Shown: positions 38,005 through 49,000 of the stretch, piece by piece
Position numbering within the stretch: position 1 is the stretch's first letter
Layout of the letters: each line of letters opens with the position of its first letter
Origin: a virus
Taxonomy: Duplodnaviria; Caudoviricetes
DNA: 59,449 nucleotides
Direction: 5' to 3' (one strand)
IMG/VR virus record: IMGVR_UViG_3300034050_001176
Location: 1-59,449 of that record
Notes under the pieces: generated by a model
Database searches by the model: none
The model's input: only the letters and a program-made list of their open reading frames with translations
Told to the model about the DNA's origin: nothing
Made by a program: the position numbers and the translations under genes

Positions 38005-39410
38005 AAATACCCCCCACCTTGGGAGCGCATTCTACCAATGGGTCTTGGCATTTTTTGCGGCCGAGCAACGCCGAGTCCGGACATTACGACATAGCGCATA
38101 CAGTCCATGAGATGGTCATTGCCTTTGCGAACAATGCCATTTTCATCGCGTCCGTAGATGCGGAGTTCCTTGAGAGTTTGTGATAGGGAGCTAAAAATTT
38201 TAAGTTGCCCATTTTGCATCCGCGTCAAAGTTTGCGCAATCCCTGCTTCTTTAGCATTATCAGCTTTGGTTAAATGCACTAAGCCCACGTCATGGTAAAC
38301 CTGGGCGAGTTTATCGCCATCTTTGACACTTGATTGTAGCCCTGAAGGATCGAAAACGCCTGGAATCCAATCCGCTCCCAGTTTTAAAAGATTGGTGGCA
38401 TGTTGTTGAGGAGTGAGTTCCGGTAAAGCATATTCAGAGTAGAAATAGATAACATCATTATCCCGATCATGAGCCCCAAACAGTGCTGCGGTCGGAGCCG
38501 TCCAACCAAAGTCCAGACCATAAACCCGTGGCCAATAGTCTGGAATATTAAATGGATCACAAATAATTGCTGATTCAGCGACCGGATAGACCATACCAGA
38601 GCCAAGCGATGGAATACCTTTTTCTCGGGCTTCCAATTCATGGGGTGCCATGCCGGATCGCAGTTGTTTTTTTTCTGATTCGCTCAAATACGGGTTATCA
38701 TTCCAACCTGCTTGCACAAACCCACGCCCATTCAGTGCTTCGCCTTCCCTGGCATCATCTTCATTGGTAAAGCGTAAGATCGTATTGGTCATCCCCAATA
38801 ATGGGGTTGCCGTAATCATCATCATCCCAGGATCGGATACCCCATCAACACTCATCAGGCGCATCAGTAATTCCATATATAAACTATGGGGTGGTTCTTC
38901 ATCACAGTGGATTAAATCGACTCTTGCCCCTTGCAAAGCTTCACGGCCTTGCTGGTAGCTTTTAAAGCACAGAATTGATTGACCTCCACTAACATGGCGT
39001 ACCCGAACCGTATCAACCGCATCGGCTAAGCCGCGCCGCATCGTGGTGGACAAGATAATTGCTGGGGCTAACGCTCCAGGGCTTGAAGCTTTAGGATCAC
39101 CAATGTAATACTGCTGCAAGGTTGAGCGTACCGTTTCATTGGATACGCCAATCGCCCAGGCCATAATCGGTTTTTCAAAACGATAGCCTGACCAATCCTC
39201 AGGATAGACGCCACTAAGGTGCATACAGACTTCAATTGCTCCACCATAGGTTTTACCCGTACGATTACCCGCCAGAAACAAACGTTCCCGAGCCGTTTTA
39301 CCCAACTCATGAAACTGCTTTTGTTTTAAATGCGGTTCATAATACGCAAAGGTCCGGTGAGCATACCATGCCTCTTTCATAATCTCAGCTGAGCTCAGGT
39401 TATTTTCCAA
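38001..39410 (-). CDS. terL: Terminase large subunit
   Basis: Paralogue of 843-2252; TTG start assumed by analogy (an in-frame ATG lies at 39422). Confidence 0.95.
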   Translation of the reverse strand: MENNLSSAEIMKEAWYAHRTFAYYEPHLKQKQFHELGKTARERLFLAGNRTGKTYGGAIEVCMHLSGVYPEDWSGYRFEKPIMAWAIGVSNETVRSTLQQYYIGDPKASSPGALAPAIILSTTMRRGLADAVDTVRVRHVSGGQSILCFKSYQQGREALQGARVDLIHCDEEPPHSLYMELLMRLMSVDGVSDPGMMMITATPLLGMTNTILRFTNEDDAREGEALNGRGFVQAGWNDNPYLSESEKKQLRSGMAPHELEAREKGIPSLGSGMVYPVAESAIICDPFNIPDYWPRVYGLDFGWTAPTAALFGAHDRDNDVIYFYSEYALPELTPQQHATNLLKLGADWIPGVFDPSGLQSSVKDGDKLAQVYHDVGLVHLTKADNAKEAGIAQTLTRMQNGQLKIFSSLSQTLKELRIYGRDENGIVRKGNDHLMDCMRYVVMSGLGVARPQKMPRPIGRMRSQGGGYL

Positions 39411-39783
39411 AGACCAGCTCATGGATTTTCTTCAATTTATCTTTACTCAACGAGCTTTTAGTCAGCAAATCCTCCGATTCCACCTGACCAAACAGTTTGA
39501 GTTGCTCCTTAGCCAACAATAACAAAATCCCCTGATCATTTTTTTCCATGGCCAGATGGTGGAGTTTTTCCCAAATCCGCCCCAAACCAGATTGGTGGCC
39601 AGCTTCCATGGCTTGACGATATTCAGGTTCTTGCATGCGTTGTTTAGCAAGCTCATAGGTGATGTTCCAGCGTTGAGCATAGTCCGCAGCAATTTGGTCG
39701 GAGCTCATTCCAGACACAGCTTTGCGTCTTACAAAATCGAGATAATCTGAAGTGGGCGTTGAACTAAGGGGTGTCAATTCCAT
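39400..39783 (-). CDS. terS: Putative terminase small subunit
   Basis: Paralogue of 470-853. Confidence 0.7.
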   Translation of the reverse strand: MELTPLSSTPTSDYLDFVRRKAVSGMSSDQIAADYAQRWNITYELAKQRMQEPEYRQAMEAGHQSGLGRIWEKLHHLAMEKNDQGILLLLAKEQLKLFGQVESEDLLTKSSLSKDKLKKIHELVFGK

Positions 39784-39784
39784 A

Positions 39785-39828
39785 TGTGTATAACCTTGTG
39801 GATAAATATGTTGATAACCTGTGAATAA
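39785..39828 (-). promoter_or_regulatory. Four tandem DnaA boxes abutting the terS start
   Basis: TTATTCACA-gg-TTATCAACA-tat-TTATCCACA-agg-TTATACACA-t-ATG; three boxes match TTWTNCACA exactly. Confidence 0.7.
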
Positions 39829-39996
39829 GTATCAGGCTAACAAATGTAAGTCTAAAAGACAAGCATTCACAAAGTAATTATTTATGGTGAATTTTTATTT
39901 GAAGTAATGAGTTATATACACACTAAGGTTTGAGCACAAAATTAAACTGGTGATAAATAGTCACCATTTGAGATTTATACTTAATTTTTCAATTAA

Positions 39997-41757
39997 TTAA
40001 TACTCGTTTAATTTTTCAAGGGCTGCACTTACATCCCAAATTTTAAAACTAAAAACATTCTCCCCAACCACTAACCGAATTGGGTGGTATAGAGGCTGAT
40101 GCGTAACCAAGTTTCCTTGTTTACTAGTTTTATAAATATCATAAGGCGTCTCCTTAATAATAGGTTCACCCAAAAATATAGTCATATTAGCAGGATTTAA
40201 AAAAAGATCTTGCTCATGAGGATCAACATGAAGAATTAAAGGAATTTTATCTGGTAGATTGTTAAACCTTTTTTCGGTAACCTTGTCCTTGTCATCAAGT
40301 TTTAATGGTAGAGTATTGGAGACAACAACATGCATTTGGCCTTCAAAAGGATAAGAATTAAGCCTACTGCGTGCTCCTATTTCTAAATCGTAACATATGT
40401 CTGTTGATACAATTTTTTTACCTGTATCTTCACCTTCGCCAAAAATGTATAGGGCTGTTTTTTCTTTTATTGATTTAGTAGTTAAGAAGCTATTGGCCTC
40501 ATCTTTATAAGAGACCTTTCTATAAGAACCCACCATTTTTCCTGATGAGTAAATAAATGATTCATTTTGAAAGGTTAAGTAATCTGTGTCGTCTTGTAAA
40601 CTAAGTAGCAATTCACTTATCTCAAAATCCGGGTGATAAAAAAATGAATCCACATTTTCTCCTAAGTTTTGAGGCCATTTTTCTTTGAAGTCGTTGACTA
40701 GGCCTTTATACTCTCCCCCACTCATCTTTTTATCGTTAAAATAAAGAAAATTTACGTGAAAAAAAGCTGAAGGAACTTCTTGTGAAAGATTGATTATCTG
40801 TTTTGAAACATTATCAAACTCTTCAAAAGAAAGAGGAGCATATTTCTCTAGGTTTTTGTTTTCGTCAGCTTTACCAAAGAACATCTCATTAAAAACAATC
40901 AGATAATCTTTTTTTGCAATTGAATGACTTATTTTTTTTATCTTTTCCAACACCAATTCATTTTCTTTTTGACGTGTTTTGAAAAAATAAGGATTTCGTT
41001 GGCACTTTGCTTTTAAATCTGCAAAACGATTAAGTTCTTTTGAACTTTCTTGTTTTATAACTCCCTCAGTTCTGTTTAAGAAAAACTTTGAGATTTCTTT
41101 AAAGCTGATTAAATTAAGTAAATCTTTTTTCAATAGAGTGACACCAAATTGATCCACTTTTAAAGATAAAGTCTTTTGGTCATAAAATTTATTTTTACCT
41201 TTTGCTGACTCCGTTACGGTTTCTATTTTAGAGGAAATAAAAGATTCTATTAAGCCAGTTAACTCAGAAAAATTTTGGATTGTTTGTAATTCTCGCTGTT
41301 GTGTGCTCTTTAATTCTTCATTTAGTTTGGCAAAGAACCAATCGTAATCTTTTTTTCTTTCATCAAGGTACTGAAGCAAAATTTTTGGTGTGAGATTCCC
41401 AAGATCTTCAACGGTATGCTTATTAATTTTTTGGTAAGTCGAGTCATAGTATGTGCTAAAATCTTTAAAAAACTGTTCATCTTTCTCTATAGATTGGGAT
41501 AAAGCTTTAGGAAGATCAGTATTTTCCACTAAAATAGACATTAAAGTACCAAAAACGGCGTTTTGTTCCTCTAATGTCAGTTTAGGATAATTTAGATCAT
41601 CAACAGTTTCTCTAGTGACAGAAATGACGTAAGTTTTTGAAAAGTCATGCTTAGCCTCCTCCATTGAATACACAGAAGATAACAACGTAAAACTGGAGAG
41701 TGTTAACCATAAAAACTTCCAGCTATATCCCTTAACATTCATTATTTTCTCCATCAA
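39997..41757 (-). CDS. Secreted protein with a nitrilase/CN-hydrolase-like catalytic triad
   Basis: Signal peptide ending ..SVYS-ME; IVFNEMFF, YRK and ICYD in the canonical order; low GC. Confidence 0.55.
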   Translation of the reverse strand: MMEKIMNVKGYSWKFLWLTLSSFTLLSSVYSMEEAKHDFSKTYVISVTRETVDDLNYPKLTLEEQNAVFGTLMSILVENTDLPKALSQSIEKDEQFFKDFSTYYDSTYQKINKHTVEDLGNLTPKILLQYLDERKKDYDWFFAKLNEELKSTQQRELQTIQNFSELTGLIESFISSKIETVTESAKGKNKFYDQKTLSLKVDQFGVTLLKKDLLNLISFKEISKFFLNRTEGVIKQESSKELNRFADLKAKCQRNPYFFKTRQKENELVLEKIKKISHSIAKKDYLIVFNEMFFGKADENKNLEKYAPLSFEEFDNVSKQIINLSQEVPSAFFHVNFLYFNDKKMSGGEYKGLVNDFKEKWPQNLGENVDSFFYHPDFEISELLLSLQDDTDYLTFQNESFIYSSGKMVGSYRKVSYKDEANSFLTTKSIKEKTALYIFGEGEDTGKKIVSTDICYDLEIGARSRLNSYPFEGQMHVVVSNTLPLKLDDKDKVTEKRFNNLPDKIPLILHVDPHEQDLFLNPANMTIFLGEPIIKETPYDIYKTSKQGNLVTHQPLYHPIRLVVGENVFSFKIWDVSAALEKLNEY

Positions 41758-41820
41758 TTTTTAAATACCTTAACATAACAACCAACATTTAATTTTAGAG
41801 AGCAATTAAGCGTGTAATAT

Positions 41821-42243
41821 TCATTTTAACTCCAGCGTAAAGTTAAACTGTGTATTTCCTACTTTTTCTTGATTAATTTTGTAAGAAGAAAGCTTATCTA
41901 ATGCAGCATGTGTGTAATCTTGTTCCCAAGATATAGAGAATTTTTCCAAGTCACTCTGCTTTAGTGGATTCGCCACTTCAAATTCAATTTCATCAGAAGC
42001 AGTTCTTTGGTTTGTATGCATAAAATATAAAGTTGGCACCACTGAAACCTTGAAATTAAGAGTGTCTTGTGGATTAAGTTCTACTCCTTCCCCAATATCT
42101 GCATTTAACAAACTAGAATAATTATCCTTAATACTCTGAACTACAATAGGCTGCTTCGTATTATTCTTAAGAGTAATCTCCAAATCTTCGCTTGCGTTTA
42201 GACTAGCGACTACTCCTGCACAAATTAATAATTTCTTGAACAT
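41821..42243 (-). CDS. Secreted hypothetical protein
   Basis: MFKKLLICAGVVASLNA signal peptide; AGGAG RBS. Confidence 0.7.
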   Translation of the reverse strand: MFKKLLICAGVVASLNASEDLEITLKNNTKQPIVVQSIKDNYSSLLNADIGEGVELNPQDTLNFKVSVVPTLYFMHTNQRTASDEIEFEVANPLKQSDLEKFSISWEQDYTHAALDKLSSYKINQEKVGNTQFNFTLELK

Positions 42244-42998
42244 TTCTATCTCCTTAATTTTTGGTTGTTACCAACTTAATTTTCTGTTCGCAGAATAACA
42301 CGTTCATGGTTAAATCCACAATCCCAATTTTTGGGGGTATTGTTCCAGTTAAGTTAAATCATTAAATCCATTAAACTTCCACATAAATCTATAACTAAAG
42401 CTTGTTGACAGATTTTTCTTATTTTTAGCCCATTCTGTATAAAATCAGTTTATGGTGCTTAAAGCGCATTTATGGAGGTTTGTGATGTGGTCTGCGTGGG
42501 CAAATGAAATTAATTAAGAGCTTTCCACAAAGAAAATTTCTGGCCACGGGAATTGTGGGGACGAGTAGGTATACCCATATCCCTTTTGGCTGTGTGGTTA
42601 GATGCCCCCATACCCCCAGGGGGCAGTCTTGGTAATCCAAATGGCATACCTATGAGGTAAAGTAGAATTTACATAAACCTTTTATAGAGACTCACCAGTG
42701 CCATACAATTGATATCTATGCTAGGGGTTATAGCCAAACATAACTAATCCACTCTAAAACGTCTTTAAATGAAGTTTTCCACATCAGTCTAGTTTTCCAC
42801 CAGAAAACTGTCAATCTTCCTCAAAACTATAGACCATCGCCTTAGTCAGGCGATTGTATATAGCTTGTAATCGTTTGCCACAAACAAGCTACATGTTGAT
42901 AATAGCAAAAAGTTATCAGATAGTTAGCACGAAATGAGATTTGTGGTAAGTTGAATCACTGGAAAGCCGCAGTTTTGAGCCATTACTATTTTTTTCGT

Positions 42999-43260
42999 GT
43001 AGTAAGTAGTAGTAAGTATGCAGTAAGTTGGAAGAGCCTGTAAAGAAGAGAATATATAGGTATATTAAGATATTTTTTTTTACATACTGCACTTACTGCG
43101 TCTTATTTTCTTGATTTTACCTTTATAAGGGTGCTGTATATGCAGTAAGTACTCTCTAACCCTTGCTTTTCTGGGGCTTTCACTTACAGCACTAGTACTG
43201 CAGACTTACTACAAAAATCCACTGTAAGGGTATGTAAATAAGGGAATTCAACTTACTGCA
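42999..43260. repeat. Iteron-like G(C/T)AGTAAGT repeats in both orientations (putative origin)
   Basis: Forward copies at 42999, 43009, 43020 and 43142; reverse copies at 43091, 43182 (one mismatch), 43204 and 43251; AT-rich core between them. Confidence 0.65.
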
Positions 43261-43646
43261 AACCCATTTTAATGCTATCTATACGCTAACTTTAAAATAA
43301 CTAATCTGGATAAAGTGATTATAGCAAAGGCTTACAACCACTTAACCTTAAATTAATATAGGCGAAGGTATAGCCTGTGGAAAAACCCTAAATCCTCTGA
43401 AACATCTGTTTTTAAGCCATTTATTGATCAAAACATGACTATCATTTTTTTGTTACGTATTTTCTATAACCAGAAAAGGTGAGCACTAATTGCATGCAAT
43501 TTAATAAATTACCAAACACTAACTACACATTTACTGTTATTAACAGACCTATAACAAAAAACCTAAAATTATAATTTGTTTTGGTTTTCAATAAATATTA
43601 GATTGGCAATTGAAAAACAACTTTATTTTTAGACAAGGATTTATCA

Positions 43647-44054
43647 ATGACAAATGAAACAAGTTACAGAAAGCACAAAAGATTAAGGAGTCAGGCAAAT
43701 CAAGCTATTAATCTTGTACAAAATATTATGGACACTACAGAAAGTTCTGACTTTATAGTTCTTGAAAATTTGATGAATAAAAAAGTTAGTGTGTATAAAT
43801 TTTGTAGAGATTTTCCCAAGCAGATAGAATGCCTATTTCATTTATTAGATGAATTAGAAAAAATCAGCAAACAAAACAGACATAATATGTTACTAACAGA
43901 TGAACAGCTAGATGAAATGTTGCTTTTATATAGTTATAAAGTACCACACGCTGAAATTGCCAGAAAGTTTAACATTTCATATCCCACTGTAAAAAAGTAT
44001 TTAGCAATATCTCAAAATAGGAAAGAGAAAGAAGACCAAAATAGTGGCAATTAA
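43647..44054 (+). CDS. Protein with a C-terminal helix-turn-helix
   Basis: PHAEIARKFNISYPTVKKYL. Confidence 0.65.
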   Translation: MTNETSYRKHKRLRSQANQAINLVQNIMDTTESSDFIVLENLMNKKVSVYKFCRDFPKQIECLFHLLDELEKISKQNRHNMLLTDEQLDEMLLLYSYKVPHAEIARKFNISYPTVKKYLAISQNRKEKEDQNSGN

Positions 44055-44121
44055 TCATCATGTTTGCTCTATTTTCCAGGCATTGCTAACTCACAATTTT
44101 TAGTGGTATACGTGGCTTCAA

Positions 44122-44541
44122 ATGGTGAAACCAAGAACAGCCATGGCCACAAAATACCATCCATTAAAAGATCCTAAATACATGTCTATAGCCATGAAGA
44201 GCTTTTTTCGAAAGAAGCTTAAAGGCCAGCTTAATGCTCTACATAGAAAGTGTTTAACCTTTGGAAAAACCTTACAAGTCACAGCCATTAAAGAGCCTGA
44301 TTTTGTTGACCAAAGCTGTTTAAGTGAAGAGCGATTTAATCATTTTGCGTATTATAGTCATGAAAGACGTCAGCTTCATGAAATAGAGCTGGCATTGCAA
44401 CGATTATACAATGGCAATTACGGTTATTGCTTAGCCACTGGTGAACCAATTGGTGTGAATAGGTTGCTTGCCGAGCCATGTGCAAAGTATAGTTTGGAAC
44501 AGCAAATGTCGCGTGAAAATCATAGAGTTTTTGCCAATTAA
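44122..44541 (+). CDS. dksA: DksA/TraR family RNAP-binding factor
   Basis: Coiled-coil tip DFVDQS and ALQRL..GNYGYCLATGEPIG..RL; alphaproteobacterial type lacking the C4 Zn finger. Confidence 0.85.
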   Translation: MVKPRTAMATKYHPLKDPKYMSIAMKSFFRKKLKGQLNALHRKCLTFGKTLQVTAIKEPDFVDQSCLSEERFNHFAYYSHERRQLHEIELALQRLYNGNYGYCLATGEPIGVNRLLAEPCAKYSLEQQMSRENHRVFAN

Positions 44542-44657
44542 AGATGTGTCTCTATAAACCTTGAGGTTTAGGCGTTGAAAATATATTTGCATCGCCTCTT
44601 GTTTATTATTTCTAATGAGCCTAAATAATAAGCCATTAGGATCAAGCTTGGTTCACT

Positions 44658-45959
44658 ATGGCTATTTTTTCGTCCTTAAGTCGCCAACAAAAGGAAGCTG
44701 TTGGGCTTTTGCAAGCTGGCACTTTTCTCGAATATTTTGATCTCATGCTCTACGTTCATATGGCAGTTCTGCTCAACGAATTGTTTTTTCCTAAGGTTGA
44801 CCCTCGAACAGCATCTTTGTTATCAGCATTTACTTTTTGCACAACTTTTGCGTTGCGTCCTGTTGCAGCTCTTTTGTTTGGTTGGATAGGAGATACATTT
44901 GGTAGAAAACCTACGGTTATTATCACAAGCCTTATGATGGCCTTATCTTGTATTATTATGGCAACCTTACCACCATATGTTCAAATTGGTATCACTGCTT
45001 CTTATTTGATGATTTTATGTCGTGTATTACAAGGGTTTTCTTCTATAGGTGAAATTATATCAGCTAAAACTTATTTGGTAGAAACATTTCAACCACCTAT
45101 GCGCTATTTTGTGACGACTTTAGTTTCCGTTTCTGCTGCTTTAGGAGGCACCTTTGCTTTAGCAATTGCGTCACTTTTCACATTAAAAGGATTTGATTGG
45201 CGCATTGCTTTTTGGTTTGGCATGTCTGTAGCAGCAATAGGTTCAATTGCAAGAAATCGTTTAAGAGAAACTCCTGAATTTATACGAGCAAAAAAAGAAG
45301 CTGTAAATAAACATTTTGATAAAAAAACTTTTTTTGCTTACTTTTTTATATCTTGTGGTGCATCAGTTTGCTTTTTCATTGCCTATGTTTATTGCGGTGA
45401 TATACTCAAACACACTTTTGGTTTCACACCGGAACGAGTTATTCATAATAATTTTTTTGTTTCATTGTGTGACCTCGGCGATACCTTGATTATTGCTTTT
45501 TGTACCTTAATTATTCACCCACTTAAAATAACAAGAATAAAATTTTATGCCTTTTCTATTTTTGTCTTCGTTCTACCATTCATACTTTTTACTGCTAAAT
45601 CACCATCTTACGTGCTGTTTGTTCAATGTTTAATATGGTTTGTTAGTATTGAAAACAATCCTTCAGAAGCTATTTTTATCAAGCATTTTCCTGTATTAAA
45701 ACGCATTACAAGCGTTACTTTTGCTTTTGCATTAGCTCGAGCATTAGTTTATTGCATCACTTCATTTGGTTTAATTTATATAACGGATATCTTAGGTTAT
45801 TTTGGATTATGGGTCATATTGCTACCGATATTAATTGGTTTTTACTGGGGGTTAGACCACTTTGAAAAACTAGAAAACCAAAAGCAAGCTCAATTTCATA
45901 CTCCACACCCACTCTCAACTAACCCCAATGAACTTAAACTGACAGCGATAAAATTATGA
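44658..45959 (+). CDS. MFS transporter, ProP/MHS family
   Basis: GTFLEYFD, RP..GWIGDTFGRK, RVLQG and LRETPEF motifs. Confidence 0.9.
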   Translation: MAIFSSLSRQQKEAVGLLQAGTFLEYFDLMLYVHMAVLLNELFFPKVDPRTASLLSAFTFCTTFALRPVAALLFGWIGDTFGRKPTVIITSLMMALSCIIMATLPPYVQIGITASYLMILCRVLQGFSSIGEIISAKTYLVETFQPPMRYFVTTLVSVSAALGGTFALAIASLFTLKGFDWRIAFWFGMSVAAIGSIARNRLRETPEFIRAKKEAVNKHFDKKTFFAYFFISCGASVCFFIAYVYCGDILKHTFGFTPERVIHNNFFVSLCDLGDTLIIAFCTLIIHPLKITRIKFYAFSIFVFVLPFILFTAKSPSYVLFVQCLIWFVSIENNPSEAIFIKHFPVLKRITSVTFAFALARALVYCITSFGLIYITDILGYFGLWVILLPILIGFYWGLDHFEKLENQKQAQFHTPHPLSTNPNELKLTAIKL

Positions 45960-46021
45960 TTATCAGTTTCCTCGCTAATCATAACAAAACTTAACCAGCC
46001 TAACCACATGAGGTAACTTTT

Positions 46022-49000
46022 ATGCTTAAGCGTTTTGTAGCCCGTCTTTTAATCATCACACAGATTTATAGCAATTTATTTCAGGGCGTGGCGCATGGTA
46101 ACTTTGCTGACCATCATGCTATCCAGAATGAAATCTATCTCCACAGTTCCGTTGGTAAGGATGGTGCCTTGCGTCTGTCCTTAGGTACGGACCATGGCAC
46201 AACCAAAGATCCTGAGTTGCTCGAACTGTTCGAGGTGCCGTCTTATAAAAGCTTGGTCGCTCCACCCAAACCACTGCAACAAACTGTCGTAGATTTGCTC
46301 GACGTTGTTGAAACAGAGATGTCCGGGGACGCCGAGTCTTTGCCTGGTGACCTCAGCTTTGAATCTAATGGTATTACGCGTAAAGCTGAAGGTACGTATT
46401 TTACAATTCAGGGACTAGAAGTCTTTATCAATAATGATCATGAGATGTTAGTTCAGGGTCGGCAAACAGATTTTTCTAAGCCGATCTTTTTGAGTGGGGC
46501 AAAAAGCATCATCTTAAATAATGTAGATGCCAGCAGCTTAAAATTACTCTCACCTTCCATATTAGGAGTTGGACGCTCAACCATCGATTTCTTATCTTTA
46601 GAGGGATTAACTGACGCTGCGGTCTTTATCAATGGTGGTTCTTTAACAGCAAAAGAGATCTTTTTAAAAAATCTCTCCACCTCCAATCTTGGCAAGATAG
46701 AGACAGTTGCCATAGAGGCGCAAGCCGGAACTTTAAAAAATACTGGAACCCTAGAAGCTGAAACAAATATTACCCTAGGGGTTAATAGCTTTACTAATAG
46801 CGGTGTTGTCACCGCAGAATCGGTCCAAGGCTTAGAAGCTCTCCAAGAGTTTGCCAATACTTCTAGTGGGCGACTATGTGTTGATGAGCTCTTTAGAACC
46901 GGGGCACAGACAGCCGTGATTAACCACGGAAGTTTTACTGGGGGTGATTGTCAATTTACAGGACCATCCTTACTGCAGAATGGTAAAATGCACGTTAAAA
47001 GCTTACGTACTGAAGCAGGTACAGAAATTACAACAGACGCCTCACAGGAGCTGGTTGTCGAAGATACTTTAGTCAGTAAATCTAGATTGCCTTGGCAACT
47101 TTTAGGAAGCGTCCGCGCTAAAGAATTCACTCACTTGGGAAGATTAGATTTAGCTGGTGATCTTACTACAGCTTCTTTTACAGGACATGGAAGCATTCAA
47201 GCTACTGGTAAACTTAAAGGTGAACAATCACGGTTTATTGATGATATCCTTAATCTAGGCGAAATCGATACCCAAACTTTACAAGCAGATGCAAGATTAT
47301 CGACGCACGGTAAGGTTCATGTCAGACGTACCGCCAGGGTGATCGGGTCATTTACGGTGGGTGCTGATGGAAGTTTTACAGGCTACGAGGCTGAACCTTT
47401 AGCGTTAAGCTTACATGATGCCGCTGATATCGCCGGTAAGGTTGACGTTGATCATCTTGATGCAAAAGCTATTCACCTAAGCGGATCTGGTCAACTGTTG
47501 GCTGCTCAAAACACCACAATTGATGGAGATCTGGCTATTGAGGTAGATGCCAAAGCGCACCTAAAAGGCTTAAATTTTACCGGTGGCGAAATTATCAACC
47601 TTGGTAAGTTAAGGATTGTGGGAATTGATTTGGTGCAAGATGCCGTAATTAAACTCACTAACGCAGGTAATGCCAGTATTGATGCTGCATATACTTTGCC
47701 GAAGCTTGATGAGCATAGCCCTGATAATTTAGCGGTAATGCATGGCGTTTCACCAATTTATCCTGAAATTCTTGAATTCAAAGAAGCACAAATGGCAATG
47801 AGGGCAACACATGAAGAAATGCAGCTTGTGCGCAGCCAAATTCAAGAAATTCCCTTGGCACCGACAGTAGCTTCTGGTAACCCGATTGGCAAGATTAACT
47901 TTTTAATTTCAAGAGCTTTAAACACAATTGCAAAATTACCACCCCAAGACCGTGGAGTTTTATTAACGGAACTAAGGGATAGAATTAATCTAATTGCACC
48001 TACATATTCTGGATATGATTCCGGCATCTTGACTACTGCTTTTAATGGTATACGTAACAGTTTTGCACCTAAAATACAGGCAGCTATAGATTTTGCCTTT
48101 GAACAAAACAAACACTTGCAACAACTGCAACAGGTGCTTATTTACAAAGATCTAATGCCAGAAGTCTTTCAGGTTAAGGGTTTGCCCGCTGCAACTGATT
48201 CACTACAATCGTTTCTTGCTGGGGTTGAACCAGTCGCCTTAAGTAGAGATCTGGTAGTACTACTACCGGAAGCTCGTATATATCCCGGCTTTGCTAGCGC
48301 TAATCCGGTGCTGATGAAAAGAGCAGCATCAAAGTTAAAGGCTCTATGTGAAGGCAGGGAATACGCTGAAAATACAATCTTTCCTGAATTCATTAGCCTC
48401 AATCCAATGCTGGTGAAAATTGCCGCCTCAAGATATAAAGAAATCTCAGAAAATCCCCTAATTCTGCCAGAACAACTGCTTAGCATGCCAGCAGAAGTTG
48501 TTAGCGCTGAACAACATCTTATTCAACAACTCCAACAACAGGTTGAATTTTTGCAGCAAGTATCAGCTTTCAGAAAGCAGATGCCAGATATTCCCCAAAT
48601 TAAAATGCAGGTACTCAACCAAGTATCAGGACAACTGACCCTAAAATCAGGCAGATTTGAGTTTGTGGGTGATGCTACTCTAGTTAACCATGGTACTTTA
48701 ATTCAAGAAAGTGCTTATACTTTGTGGCTGACCGGCAACCCAAGTGAATTTAATCGAGGCACCTGGAGGACGAACGGCTCGTTAGGCCTGTTGAGCTATC
48801 AAGGCAAAGATATGGGTAAGCTGGAAGTTGAAGGTGCCCTCGAGGTAGACACGCCTGTAGATGCTATGGAAGCCTTCCGTGGTTTGGCACAGTTTAAAGC
48901 TTCAAAAGTTATTATGCATGCACCGAGATTGTTGGTTAATGAGGACAAGCAGTTTGCGATGCCAGTGGAATTGCATATTCAAGATATGTTTAGTCTGCAA

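Noticed and set aside
503-39750. Antisense or alternative-frame ORFs conserved in both copies (e.g. 503-697/39556-39750, 15938-16294/19126-19482)
   Set aside because: They are explained as shadows of the conserved sense genes, with no independent motifs.
470-39783. Inverted duplication as an assembly artefact
   Set aside because: The copies differ by many synonymous changes, indels, swapped cassettes and decayed relics, so they are not a collapsed or mirrored contig. A chimaeric join still needs long reads to exclude.
42999-43260. CRISPR array
   Set aside because: Repeats are 9-10 nt, irregularly spaced and in both orientations.
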